Part shown: one piece after another, positions 39,544-52,586 of the stretch
How positions within the stretch are numbered: position 1 is the first letter of the stretch
Layout: each line of letters begins with the position of its first letter
NCBI RefSeq assembly: GCF_963921235.1
Contig: NC_086109.1
Location: forward strand, 23,996,001 to 24,060,000
From: Mobula hypostoma
Taxonomy: Eukaryota
Length of the DNA stretch: 64,000 nt
Reading direction: 5' to 3'
Translations under genes and position numbers: made by a program
Notes under the pieces: model-generated
The model's database searches: none
What the model was told of the DNA's origin: nothing
The model's input: the letters and a program-made list of their open reading frames with translations, nothing else

Positions 39544-39928
39544 GGAGATGCATGGAAACGTGGGAGGGAGAATAAAACCAACCAGGTCTACATTGACCTG
39601 GTCAAACCATCACCCAGGGACTTCAATAGGTGCTGAACGTGACAGTTAGCCTTCGCTGGATGACACATAACACAGGGTGCACTACAATCTCGTATGTCCT
39701 TCCTAAGGTCTTGCCACACAAACTTTAAAGCAACCACCTTCTATGAAGCCTTCCTGCTCAGATGCGAGAGGCTGTGAATGGAGTTAAAAACTATATGCCT
39801 CCAGTTTGTCAGCACTGTGGGGCAAAGGCAATCTGACAGGAGAGAAACTGAACTTGACGTCAGCCAACCGCAGGCCTGTGACTACTGTCCTGTAAGCTTG
39901 AACCTCTGGCCCTGGGTCAGTAGCTTGG

Positions 39929-40201
39929 ACGGCTGGTGGCGCAGTGGTATCAGTGCCGGACTTTGGAGCGAAGGCTCCTGAGTTCGAATCCAAGTCGAGC
40001 CACCCCCCACCCCACCCGAGCATGCTTTCCATCCGTGCCAGGTTGAGCATCGGGCTAGCCACTCAGCCTCGTAAAAAAAACAAGGGTCGAGTCAGGAACG
40101 TTCATGTCATGACCCGGTTAATCCGCAAAGAGACCAATCCTGACACTATGCGCCAGAGAAGAATGGCTGACTGTCTGGTGTGACACGCTAGAAAGGAATA
40201 C
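39929..40201 (+). mobile_element. tRNA-derived SINE nested in the Gypsy element
   Basis: ggtggcgcagtgg (A box), gagttcgaatcc (B box); TSD cttgg at 39924-28 and 40202-06; related copy at ~61625-61840 (-). Confidence 0.85.
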
Positions 40202-40886
40202 CTTGGTCAGCTGCCATGCTAGCATAGTAAACCCTGCTATGTATGATATGGACGGTGGGCTTGAGCAGCAATCGGCCACAGCATTACTTTTCCCTACGAT
40301 GTGCTCTACATCGGTTGCGAATTCTGAAATGTAGGCCAGATGGTGTTGCTACTGTGCACACCAACAGTCTGATGCTTTGGCCATCGTGTGCGTGAAGGGT
40401 TTGTGGTCAACGAATACTATGAAATGCTGACATTCGAATAGAAAATGAAAATGGATAGAGACTCTCGAGTGGAAAATGGAAATGGATAGAGACCGAGCAG
40501 CTCGTGGCCAAAAGTGCTGTACTTCCTCTCGCGGGGTACGGAGCTGTTGGCTGAAGAAGGCAAGTGGCTGCCACAAACCTCCAACCAACTGTTTATGCAC
40601 ATCATCCACAGCATAGTCTGAGGGGTCAGTGGTGATGGCTATGGGTACATTGGGGAGTGGGTGTGTCAGTATCGTCACATTCAAAAGAGCTTGTCTGGTG
40701 TCGGCAAATGTTCTAGTCATGCCCGCTAATGGCTCAAGCATGCAACTAGTAGCACTGCCTTTAAGGGCACTGGATAAATGGAGCACAAGTTCAGCAACTC
40801 ACAGAATAAAATGGTGGGAGAGTTTCACCATACCTAAAAACTCTTGCAGTGCTTTGGTAGTGCAGGACAGTGGAAAGTTCACAATA

Positions 40887-41230
40887 TGAGGGGTGATTGA
40901 TAAGTTCGTAGCCTAAGGTAGAAGGCGATGAGTTATACAGCTCTCGTTATAAACACGTGCAGTTCAACTCTTTGAGTGATTATGCAGAAAGATTGAAGTT
41001 AATAACTCATCTCCTTCTACCTTAGGCCATGAACTTATCAATCACCCCTGCTGTGGACCACTTCTGGAGGTCCAAGAAACTGACTTCAACAAAGAAGGGA
41101 TCCGTATGCTCGATGACGGCTGGACTAAGTGTGTAAGTGGAGGAGGGGACTATGTTGAAAAATAAATGTGCTAGGTTTTCTAAAATTGACTCCTTCTACC
41201 TTAGGCCACGAACTTATCAATCACCTCTCG
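40887..41230 (+). mobile_element. Non-autonomous mariner element nested in the Gypsy RT
   Basis: ~39 bp TIRs (gaggggtgattgataagttcgtagcctaaggtagaagg), TA TSD (40885-86 and 41231-32), transposase C-terminus remnant KEGIRMLDDGWTKCVSGGGDYVEK*. Confidence 0.9.
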
Positions 41231-42767
41231 TAGCAGCCGCTTTTGACGGCAGGGGTTTCACACCTTCTATGGAGATACGGTGGCTGAGAAAGTCAATAGC
41301 AGACAACCCAAACTGGCATTTAGTGGGGTTAATACTCAGCCCATGTTAGCTTAAGCACTTGAAAAGTGTGTGGAAATGTGATAAGTGTTCGGTTTTCAAT
41401 GCGCTGGTGTCAAGTATATTGTCCAAATAAACAAAAAGAAAATGAAGTTTTTTAACACAGAGTCCACTAGTCACTGGAAAGCCTGTGCTGCATTTTTCAG
41501 CTCAAACAGGATATGCAGAAACACAAATGGGCCAAATGGGGCTATAACAGCAGTTTTGGGAACGTCCTCAGTGCACACAGGCATCTCATGGTAGCCCCTG
41601 ACTAAGTCTATTTAAAAAAAAATTATCTCTCTAGCCAAAAAGTCTTGAATATGTTGGACTGGGGAATGATCAGGGTTGGTGACCTCATTAAAGCGACGGT
41701 AATTGCCACATGGAGGCCAACAGCTTTTCGACATGTACAATGTCAAGTATTCCCATGTCAGCAAACTCAGGCTCTGCAATGGCCAACTTCTCTAAGTCCA
41801 GTCTACATGCACAGGCATGGACCAGTGAGCCAGTTGTGGAAATGTGGTGCTCAACACCATGCCATATGACTGCGATGGAAAATGTGGGCTTGGTGATGTT
41901 TGGGACTTTGCCCAGCCGGCGAGTAAATTCACATGCGGTGGTGCATGCGCTAGACAGGGTTGTCGTGGGAACGTACGGGGGGAGCAGGGTAATGACCCAC
42001 AGTCCTCTGCGTCCACAAGCTGGCAGTCCTTAAGATCTAGTAATAGTCCTATGTCATACAGGAAATCTGCGCCAAGCTTTCGCCAAAACAAATCCCCATG
42101 TGTGGCATCGTCCACTGAAACAGAGAGTCATGCATCGTGTCCCTTAAGTCTAGATCCTGCTTCCGTTGGCGGCCTCCAGCAAGGGTCTGTCTCTCTCTGC
42201 CTTATAATCAATGAGTGTCCATGTCACTCAGGAAGTGTCGCCCTGAAAGGGTGTCCCTAATGAACAATAGACATCCCTGGCAGCTGGAACCCACGGTGTT
42301 CACAGACTTCTGCTGTCCCGATGCACGGGCACTCTCGAACCTGCATGGCGATTGGCACTTGCCGAAGCATGCATGGTAAAGACGTAGACCTGGCGTTATC
42401 CGGTTTAGAGCCATGGCCGCGTGTCTGCCAGAGGCTCTGCTGACAAGGTTTATTGCAACAGGGAAAGGAAGAGGAATGATTTACCTCTGCCTAGCTGAGT
42501 GTAGACCATTGGCCATTCTAGCAAGCTGTCTGTAATCCTTCACGGGTGTATTAGTGAGGGCCGTGCAAACCTGATCAGGCATTTGTTGCATAAAAGGTTC
42601 TCTATCAACGTAGTAAAATTGAATCTTGTCCACGGTGATCTCTCAGAGAGAACTGGGCTTCCACCTGTGAAAACCACATGGTAGTGTGCTGTTCCCAAAA
42701 CTTCGGCAGCTTCAAAGCATCTGTGTTGGTCGCTGTGTCTTTGAGTAACCCTGGAATCGTCCAAGAG

Positions 42768-42781
42768 CGTCAGGGTCACCA
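42768..42781 (-). other. Primer-binding site complementary to tRNA-Trp
   Basis: TGGTGACCCTGACG sits just upstream of gag, one mismatch from TGGTGACCCCGACG, and is preceded by ...TACA-C (candidate LTR end). Confidence 0.8.
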
Positions 42782-44829
42782 GTGTAGGATTTTGTGAATA
42801 AAGCATACGAGGGTCATTTTATGTGCTTAACAAAAGCCACAACCTTTACCAGCAAACCCAAAAGCCATTGCCTTACACTGACACCATTATGTCAGGCATC
42901 GTCTCTCAATGTGAACACAGCAACTCAATGACGATATTTGTGAATTATGTAGAACAGTTTCTATAATGAACAATATGTGTCATTTGTTACCTGTTACATT
43001 ACCCTGCATCTGAGTGTGCAGGACCTGACTCCTGGCACTGAGCACTTCGGCCATTTGGTCTCTCAGTGTGATTGAGGGTCTTCTGGCCTTGTTGGGGGGA
43101 ATCCAGGATATTCTCTTATTTTTCACTACTTCCAACAAACATCCAAAAGTGCTGGAGCCACTGTTTCTCATTTCCACTGTTTTCCACATCAGATTCATTT
43201 TTCTGCTATACTGCTGCAAGTACAATGCCCTTCCTTTAGGAAAAGATACCAGCTACCTTTAAGCTACACAGGTAGGTTTAACTGGTGCTGGCCACCCCAA
43301 CATCTCTTCACTTGTAGGTTCAGTGTAGCAGGACCTAGCAGGATGCAGGAATCATCCAAGAACACAGACAGCGTGAAGTTGGTGCTGCCCAAGCAGCAAT
43401 CAACTGCCAGAAGTTAACTCTTCGTCGCCTTCAGTTTGGCCCCCATCACTTCTAATAGACTCCTCATGGACTCATCAGGGAAGAGGCTACACAGCATCCA
43501 ACCCAAGGCCACCAGACTCAAAAACAGCTACTTCCCCCAAGCCATCAGGCTGATCAACAGCTCCACCATTAACCACACCCACTCATTTTATCATTTCCTG
43601 TCGGAGCCACTTTATGCACATACAATCAGTCTATGGACATAAGCTAGTCTTAAGTAATTATATTTATTACATTTTTATTACATTCTTTATGCTTCTTGTA
43701 TGTTTTTCTGTGGTGTAACCAATCTGTAGTAGCAATCATTTTGTTCTCCTTCACACTTGGGTGCTGACGAACGACAATAAGTAATCTTGAATCTCAAATG
43801 CTTTTATACTGAGAAATAAAAATACAGAGTAAGGCGGGGGGGGGGAGAAGAGAGACAGAGTGAGGATGGGGGAAAGAAAGTGGAAAACTGGGGTTGTGGC
43901 TGGATGATGTTCCAACAACCCTTCGGGATTATGTTCAACTGGTACTTAGTGCAATTATGACAAATTGGAAAAATATTAGCTCTTGAATGGAATTTAGTCA
44001 GAATGGGATCTTTTGATGTGTTGTGGGACTGATCCTTGTATCCACCTTTAGGCTTCTAAATGCTCTGTTCACCGCTTATTCTGGCTTCTTTTACAACACT
44101 GATTTTTTTTTCCCGCTGATGCTCGCTGTGCTTTCAACTGCCTGAGTCCTCAGCTCTGTAGTACTTTCCCCAATGAGTCTACCTCTCCTCCTTCGAACCA
44201 TCTTTCATAGTTCAATTGTAAACTTCATTTCAAATTTCAAAGTAAAAATTATCATCAAAGTACATATATGACACCATATACAATACTGAGATTCATTTTC
44301 TTGTGGGCATACTCAGCATACATGTAGAATAGCAACAATAACAGAATCAATGGAAGATACCGTATAGTTATAGAATCATAGAACACTACAGCACAGAAAC
44401 AGGCCCTTCAGTCCATCTTGAACAGTCCCGAGCTATAATTCTGCCTAGTCCCATTGACCTGCACCTGGACAGTAGCCCTACATAACCATCTCATAAATGT
44501 ACTTATCCCAATTACTCTTAAATTTTGACATCAAGCCCACATCCACTACTACCACTCGCAGCTCATTCCGCACCCTCACCACCCGCTAAGTGAGGAAGTT
44601 CCCCTAGTGTTCCTTTTAAACATTTCATCTTTCACCCTTAACCCATGACCTCTAGTTCTAGTCCCAGTTGTCCCATGGAGTCCCTTGCGGTTTCACTGAG
44701 ACATTTCACACAATGATGGGTAGGTCACAGATTTCAATGTAAAAACTAATGTGAGATTAATTGAGTACCTTATTTCTGCAAATAAATATGAATGAATTTA
44801 TTCATGAATACTATGACAAAATGATTATC

Positions 44830-45232
44830 AGCACCCAGTTGCCCACCAGTGAGAACATCTACCATAAACGCTGCCTGGGCAGGGTGAAAAGCATTATCAA
44901 GGATGCATCTCACCCTAACCATGGACTTTTTACTCTCCTCCCATCTGGTAGGTGCTACAGGAGCCTCCACTCCTGCACCAGCAGGAACAGGAAGAGCTTC
45001 TTCCCTGAGGCTGTGACCTTGCTGAACCTCACATCACAGCGCAAAGCAGTATTGCACCCATATTGTACTGTCTCAGTACTTTTATATTTGTGTGCTGTAG
45101 CACTTACTTTTTATTCGCAGTTATTTTGTAATTAACACTATTCTTTGCATTTCTGGTTAGATGCTAACTGCATTTCATTGGCTTTATATCTGTACTCAGC
45201 ACAATAACAATAAAGTTGAATCTAATCTAAAC
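44830..45232 (+). mobile_element. Rex1/Babar-like LINE 3' fragment
   Basis: IYHKRCLGRVKSIIKDASHPNHGLFTLLPSGRCYRSL..RKSFFPEAV; tail aataaagttgaatctaatcta. Confidence 0.75.
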
Positions 45233-45651
45233 TAATGTTTAAGTTTTACTCAAGAGATGCTGGGGTGGTGGCAAAGGCAGATACATTAGGGATACTTGGG
45301 AAACTCTTAGGTAGGCAAATGGATTATAGAAAAATGGAGGGAAAGGTTAGATTGATCTTATAGGCTAAAAGGTTGACACAACATGGAGGGCCAAAGGGCT
45401 TGTACTATGCTGTAATGTTCTATGTTCTACATTCTAAGACTGAAAAACCATAAGACCATGCGGGGGGTGGTGTTAAAAAGGCTGACTATTTTTAATTAAT
45501 TAATTTGTTTGTTTGGTTATCTATTGAGATACAGTGTGGAATAGGCTCTTCTGGCCCTTCGAGCCACATTGCCCAGCAATCCTCCAATTTAATCCTAGCC
45601 TAATCACGGGACAACTTACAACGACCAATTAACCTACCAAATGGTAAGTCT

Positions 45652-46508
45652 TCCCTCTAAGGTGTGCGCGTGTGTGCGCTCACATTCATCTTTTGTTATT
45701 AGTACAAGAAGAAATTTAAACTGCGCACAAAATGTTGTCACCCTCTACCTCGTGGGCATGTTAAGTCTATTTCACGATCGTACATAATCACACTTCCTTT
45801 TCCAGTTTCTGCTGTGGATGGTGTTGAGAATGTGGAGTTTGCAATGATTTGTCCGCAGATTTTAGAACTGGCTTATTTATACTGTTATTATTGAAGAAAA
45901 TATTGATTCATTACGTCAAATTCCAAAGAGGTAGAGGGTCTGAAGCACAAAAGAGCTGCTGGTTCATTTAAAGTGGAACGGCTTAATGAAACAGTAAAAA
46001 CTGCTACACCAGAAGCTCATGAAGTTAGGAATGTGCAGCTTTGAGAAATATTTACGTACAATACAGAACACAAATATGTTATCCACATGTATTGTTGCAA
46101 TGTAAAGGTTAGTAGAGAATTTGCAAGTGAGAAGAAATGGAGTGATATTTGGAAACTTGACTTTTTAAAACGTCATTGAGCAAGCATATGAACAGTGTGC
46201 AAAAGTTCCAGTGAGATCCCAACAAGGGCCTGCTACATATGTTTTGTGAGATATGTTTTGTGAGAGTGCAGAAGAACAAAAGTGAAAACGGTCAAACCCA
46301 GAGGACAATGTTCTCATTGACAATTATTTCATTTCTTTTAAACATTGAACAACAAACTGGACTTGGTAGTTCATTATCCTTAGAATAGCTTCAGGTTTAC
46401 TTCCACTCAAAAACACAGTGCGCGCATGTTGTTGTCACTAGGCAAAAAAATTGCACACAGCACAAGATTTTTGCGAACACTGGTCATTACAAATCAGAGG
46501 GAATGTTG
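45652..46508 (+). mobile_element. Non-autonomous hAT-type DNA transposon nested in a SINE; left end clipped
   Basis: Ends ttccctctaa and tcagagggaatgttg are complementary. Internal remnant C..EFASEKKWSDIWKLDFLKRH resembles N-terminal zinc fingers of hAT transposases. Confidence 0.55.
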
Positions 46509-47255
46509 CCCACACAGTCACGGGAAGAACATACAAAACTCCTTACAGGCAGTGGCGGGAATTGAACCCGAGTCACCTGTACTGTAAAGCATTGTGCTAA
46601 CCACTATGCTACTGTGCTGCCCCAATAAGTTGTGGAGGGATAAGCAGAACACTTTCAGAAACTCAAAGGGAAGGTAACCGAATGACTGAAGAACTTGAAG
46701 AAGGTCAGAGTTGATGAGGGAGATTCCAAAGGAGTTGGCATTTATTTATATGGATTTTTTTAATGAATTGAACAAGATGCAGGTTCTTGGTGTTGATATT
46801 ATTGCTCAAGTTCTGATGTTAGCCTCACACTCTGAGAGATGGAAGTGAAATGAAAGCCCTTGGGTGCGAGTTATATTCAATAATTTCCAAGCAGCATTCC
46901 ACAATAGCGTCATTCAATTGCAAGTCAGCTACACAACGCGCTCTCTTCTGAAATTGTATTGACTTCAATGCATTGAAACTGGAAGCAACACTACCATGTA
47001 ATGGTTGCCAAACTAAATGTTCAACAACAGCTGTGACAAATTTCTATTCTAACATCATTCTTGCAGATTGAAGCAAGGGAGAAAAAGTAGAGGGCAGAAT
47101 TAAGGTAACTTGATTGATGGTAGAAGTTCTATTGAGGCCAAAAATCAAAATCGAACCTAATTATTACATCCTCCAGTATTACCATCCACGAGGTGTATTC
47201 AACTACTTGTACCACCACACTCCAGCCTGTGAAATAGATATCTGTAGATACATAC

Positions 47256-47360
47256 TTTAGAAATTGTCCCATATCATCGCAGAGAGCTTCACAGCCAGGC
47301 CATTTGCATTCTCCATGTCCAAACAAGGGGTGAACACCAGGGGCTTCTTCATGTGACAAG
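47256..47360 (-). CDS. FOXP4: FOXP4 internal exon, N-terminal half of C2H2 zinc finger ([36 protein letters not shown]), 105 nt
   Basis: Acceptor ttttccccag|, donor CTAAA|gtatgt. [11 protein letters not shown] has E where FOXP1/2 have V, which favours FOXP4. Confidence 0.95.
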
Positions 47361-48879
47361 CTGGGGAAAAACAGACAGAAATTATTTACCATTAATGAAA
47401 CAACACGGAAAATCCATTCACAAGCACTGCCATCACTTTGCTTTATGAGAAAAGAATTTCAGCATTATATCAGTGACTTTGCCACAGAAGTAGATTATTT
47501 GTCATTATGGGCTGCCTCGGGGAGGCATGGACCTACAAAGGTCAAACAGAATGTGACAACCAACCTGCTGTGATTTTATCTTCTGTTAAGAGTATAAACA
47601 GGTTGATAATTGGAGTGAACAGAATTTCAGCTCAACATCCTAAAGCCTTTAAATAGTTTGTGATATACGTATCAGCCATGTGAGTCAGCGCATTGATATG
47701 GACTCCAGTAAAATATTTAAAGAAATGTTTTTCCAGCAATTCTGGTTTTCTTCTCCCACACATAGCTTAAAATAACGTCGAACCTCGCACACTGGTTCCT
47801 GACATCTGAACCACTCTCCGTTTCTTCCTGCCTTGCCATATGCCCTCCACGGACGTCCCAATTAATTGATTCTTCAGCGCTCATTGGAGTTTAAACCTGA
47901 AATATCTGCTCAAGCCTTTGGATTGTTGATCCCACAATGTTCTGTCTCTTTCCATTGGGCTACACCGGAGGGCAGCCGGTGACAAGTTGCATCTTCGCAT
48001 TCAGGTGATGATGGAGGAAATTAATGAGGAAGAAATAAAAAAAATTAAATTGTTTCTGTTTTAGGAATATCTGTCCTGACATTGCCATTATAAATATATT
48101 TAGGAAGTTACCAAATCCCATGGGGCTGATTATGAAAATGACGGAATGCACGCGACATATTTCTGAAGGAGAAAAATGAATGCTCAGGGCAGAAGCTCTT
48201 CATCACAGACATGAGCCCGACCCTACCTGAAGTGTTAACCTGTCTTTACTGCAGCTGATAGATCTGCAGTGTATTTCCAGAATGCTGATTTCCTGCATTT
48301 GAGCTTTCTTTGCCCCTACCCGATCTGCCGCAGAATATCCTTCCCAATATGGCTGTCTGCTCCTAAGGCCTCTGCTCACAGTTAAAGTTCAAAGTTCGGG
48401 GTAAATCTATTATCAAAGTATGCATATGTCACCATATATACCTTGAGATTCACTTTCCTACTAGCATTTACTGGAAAATAAAGAGATACAATAGATTTTT
48501 TTTTAAAAAGCTATACATAAACACAGACTGATAAACTGTAACTGGTTTATTAAAGTAGTCACTGTTCATAAAATGATGTGGGTTATAGACAGAATAGACA
48601 ACTAGTAGCATTTCCCCACGACTGAGATATCTTGGACACGAAAGCATATACTTGGTTGAGGAGGTGAGGGAGAGTACAAAGGAGAGGTGAGGTGCAATGC
48701 AAGTCTCTTTTAACATAACCAGTGGTTGGGTCCTTGAAAGTTCTGCTGGTGCTGATGGCAGAGGCAAATAGCGTAGGAGACTCTCAAATCGACACACGAA
48801 CATGCAGAGATGGGAGGGATATGGTTAATGTGCAGGAAAAAGGGATTAGATTAATTAGGAACCATTGCTTTAATTATAA

Positions 48880-49490
48880 CCACAAGGAAGTCTGCAGATG
48901 CTGGAAATCCAAAGTAACACACACACACACACAAAATGCTAGCAGAACTCAACAGGTCAGGCAGCATCTGTGGAAATGAATAAGCAGTCAACGTTCTCAG
49001 GACTAGAAAGGAAGGAGGAAGACACCAGAATAAAGAGGAGGGGGTAGGGGAAGGAGAATTTCTCGGGGGTGACAGGTGAAGCTAGGTGGGTGGGAAAGAT
49101 AAAGGGCTAGCAAGGAATGAATCTGATAGGAGAGGAGAGTGGACCATAGGAGAAAGGGAAGGAGGAGGTGACCCAGGGGTAAGTAATAGGCAGGTGAGAA
49201 GAGGTAAGAGGCCAGAATGGGGAATAGAAGAAAGCGGGGGGGAGAGAAATTTTTTAACTGGAAGGAGAAATTGATATTCATGCCATCAGGTTGGAGGCTA
49301 CCCAGACAGAATACAAGGTGTTGCTCCTCTACCCTGATGACTGCCTTATCTTGGCACAAGAGGCAGCAAAGGACTGATATTTGGGAATTGGATTTAAAAT
49401 GTTTGGCCATGGGTAATTTCCACTTTTGGCAGGTGGAGCAGAGCTGTTCAACGAGGCAGTTTCCCAAATTACAATGGACCTCACCAGTTT
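48880..49490 (-). mobile_element. Penelope-like element, GIY-YIG endonuclease C-terminus and terminal repeat
   Basis: LPMAKHF...RVEEQHLVFCLGSLQPDGMNINF is typical of PLE endonuclease C-termini. Confidence 0.85.
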
Positions 49491-49779
49491 AATTGCTTTG
49501 GCACAAGGTCATGGTCCGAAAAGGGCCTGTTTTGTGCTGTTCTTTCTTCCAAATTTATTATCACAGGCTAGACTGAACAACCAAGCATAATGATACTTTT
49601 CTCATTAAGCAAGTAGTAGGGTGAGAAACTGAAGTCATTATTGCTTTATTAGTTTGGGCATAACGAGTCAAGTTATTTGCAGCATTTCACCATTGACAAC
49701 CCACTGTTGAATAAAGGAATTCATTGAGGTTTTCATTCAAGGAGAGCTAAGAAGATTTGAACATAACACCTTACAGGAC

Positions 49780-50010
49780 TGCAGCACACTCAAAGAGCTC
49801 AAGGCTTCATAGGACTGCCAGTTTTCCCATTGCAGAGGGTGCCACTGACTGCATGCACATTGATTTGCAAGTAACACATGTTATGTCTGACCTGACCATG
49901 AGCTGGAGTGTGGCTGACCACAGGCAGTGAACATTTTGGCCATCACACAATACTGTGGCAGCAGTCAATCTGATTCCTCTTCCTACAGTCTGCTGAGCTT
50001 GTGCACTTGT
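49780..50010 (+). mobile_element. Ancient PIF/Harbinger transposase relic
   Basis: ASFPIAEGATDCMHI (49817-49861; cf. GFP..GAIDCTHI), followed by VADHRQ and YCGSS (cf. YPGSSHD) remnants. Confidence 0.6.
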
Positions 50011-50015
50011 ACATA

Positions 50016-50582
50016 TAATCAGTGGCCACTTTATTAGATATGCCTGTACACCTGCTTGTTAATGCAAATATCTGCTCAGCCAATCATGTGGCGGCAACTC
50101 AATGCATAAAAACATGCAGACATGGTCAAGAGGTTCAGTTGCTGTTGACAGCAAACATCAGACTGGGGAAGAAAGATGATCTAAGTGACTGTGACTGAAA
50201 AATGATTGTTGGTGCCAGATGGGGTGGTTTGAGTAATTTCAGAAACTGCTGAACATCTGGGTTTTTTGTGCACAACACTCTCCAGAGTTTACAGAGCACA
50301 GTGCAAAAAACAAAAAAAAGAACAATAGCTAGTGAGCAGTTCTGTGGGTGAAAATATGGTGTTAATGAGAGAGGTCAGAGGAGAATGGCCAGACGGGCTC
50401 AAGCTGATAGGAAGGCAACAGTAATTCAAAAAACCATGCATTAAAACAGTGGTGTACATAAGAGCATCTCTGGATGAACAATACGTTGAACCTTGAAGCC
50501 GCAGAAGAAGACCACTGTGGGTTCACTCCTGTGGCCATTTTGTTAGGTACACGCCTGTATCTAATAAAATGGTCACTGAGTG
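50016..50582 (+). mobile_element. Internally deleted Tc1-like element
   Basis: TIRs cagtggccactttattagata and tatctaataaaatggtcactg; remnant GKKDDLSD..MIVGAR...ERGQRRMARRAQADRKATV. Confidence 0.88.
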
Positions 50583-51734
50583 TCTAGATCAATAGTTGAG
50601 TGCTAAGAGGTCGTCACTCCTTTTGCTATGCTGAAAGCAGGAAACAACCAATCTGTAGAGTTACTGAGTCATTGACCTCAGTACAATTAAGTCAGTATGT
50701 CCATTAGGAATGGGGATTAGTCGGAGGCAAGAGATTGTAGATTAGTTGGATCTCTAAAGATGATTATGTCAGTATGCCTGTTTGGAGAAATTGGATCAGT
50801 GTGACCTCAAGAATAATTTCAATGCAAAGCAACTAGGACCATTGGGTCAATCTGGTCAGTGACGCCATTAGGGTTATTAAATCAGTATGGTAAATTTCAC
50901 AAACACCACCTGTACCTTTTGCCTCAGACAGACTGTGATTTCAAGCCTCACTCTAGAGACATCAGTACATAATTTAAGCTGATAACACAATAATATATTG
51001 AAGGATTGAATATTAAACTGTCACCAAAACCATTATTACGGGTGAAGTGTTCAACCAAACACCTCACTTCCCCACTCAGGCAAATACAAAATACATATTC
51101 AGAAGAAGGGAAGTGTCTTGGGCTGACATTCAATGATTACCACTAAAACCGGCTAGATGGTCACTGATCGAAAGACTACGCATGTGATGTAACAGGCCCA
51201 TATTACAGGGACATGAGCAATATATAGATTTATGTTTGTTTCCTCTCTTCATGTTTGCCTCCAACAAGCAGGGAAACCATGTAATCTAATCACTCCCTGA
51301 GACACAGAGATAAATTACCTTTCAAGAACAGTCAGAGCATAGCTCCCTGTCTTGGAAGATATAAACAGCAGCAGGGATACACATGTCAGGCCTGCCACTG
51401 GGTAATGTGCCACAGACCAGAAATGATCCTTGCATTGAAGAATGATCCACACCAACTGTATGCAGGCACAGTGTATATGCATGATCTGCCACACTCCTTA
51501 CTGCTGAGTTTAATGAGATTACCTGTCCTGGAGAGTGTGACCAATGTCTGTCCCATAGCTGTACCTGAAAATTAAAAACCACTTTCTCTAGTCATACACT
51601 GGTCTTATGAAGGCCGAACGAAGATTCAGTTAATTAAGGGTTGAAAATCAAAGCAATATTTGGGCTTTGGAGGGCACTGGAATAACCGCAGAGAAATTGC
51701 TGGTGTATAGAATGTGCTGTTTTGTTGGCTATTC

Positions 51735-52330
51735 TAACCAATTTTTACAGGAGCACCTTTGAAAGTGTCCAGCTGCATCATTGTCTAGTATGGGAATTGC
51801 ATGGCATCTGTCCACAGGACCCTACAAAGGACAGAGGACTGCTTTGACGATCATTGGAGTCTCTCTTCCACCCATCTGAGATATTTATCAGGAGCGCTGT
51901 ATATGCAGGGTGCTTAGCAATGTCAAGGATCCCTGCCACTGGAGCCACAATCTCTTTGACCCCCTCTACCATTAGCCAGGAGGTACTGTGACATTAGGAC
52001 AGAGACTGTTAGGATGGGAAACAGCTTCTTACCCCAGGCTGTGCGACTACGAACTTCCTGCCACCACCTGGGTCTCAACACTGATGAAACTCCAGTAGTG
52101 TTGAACAATATATAGATTTATGTTTGCTTACTTTTTGAATAGTGTTGTAAATGCACCTTATGCTAAATGTCAATCTTCTGGAAAATATTTTATTATTTGT
52201 TAATGTTTTTGTAGGTAATATTACTTCATGTTTTGTGTATATGTACTGTATTATGTACCTTCATCTGGGGGAACATTGTTTCATTTTGTGGTCTGCATGT
52301 ATCCAGTTGAATGACCATAAACCTGAACTT
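51735..52330 (+). mobile_element. Rex1/Babar-like LINE 3' fragment
   Basis: ESV.SCIIV.YGNC...IVKDP..LFDPLP...RMGNSFLPQAV remnants; tail gggaacattgtttcatt...tgaccataaacctgaactt. Confidence 0.7.
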
Positions 52331-52586
52331 AGTCTATCTGTGACTGACAATGGTGAGAAGTCTCTCATTGCCACCATGGATATTTTTAACATTGAGACTG
52401 ACATAAAAGTGAATGAAGGACAGGCAAGTGAAGCTGTAATCAGCTATGACCTGACTGAATGATGGAATGAACTAGTGTACGAACTTTCCTCGCAAACCAC
52501 TGCTGAACAGGAATTACAGAAAATTCATAAGATACATCAGGCTAGGTCTTTACTCGCAAGTCAGAAACTCTTTTGGTTGCCGGTAC

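Larger units (their letters stand above)
38500..42781 (-). mobile_element. Gypsy (Ty3) LTR retrotransposon relic with gag, RT, RNaseH and integrase remnants; frameshifted and 3'-truncated
   Basis: gag ALKLPKFWEQHTTMWFSQVEAQFSLREIT (~42620-42720); RT DLVRGYH, LKNAAQAFQ, FVYLDNIL, INPTKCQFG; RNaseH TTDPSDYAV..WQPLAFFS..ERKYSTFGHELLGLY; integrase TTAYHPQSNGLCE. Order RT-RH-IN. Confidence 0.92.

Noticed and set aside
42980..43430. Possible exon or Harbinger-associated Myb/SANT protein relic
   Set aside because: It looks coding-like, but I could not support any motif or consistent splice sites.
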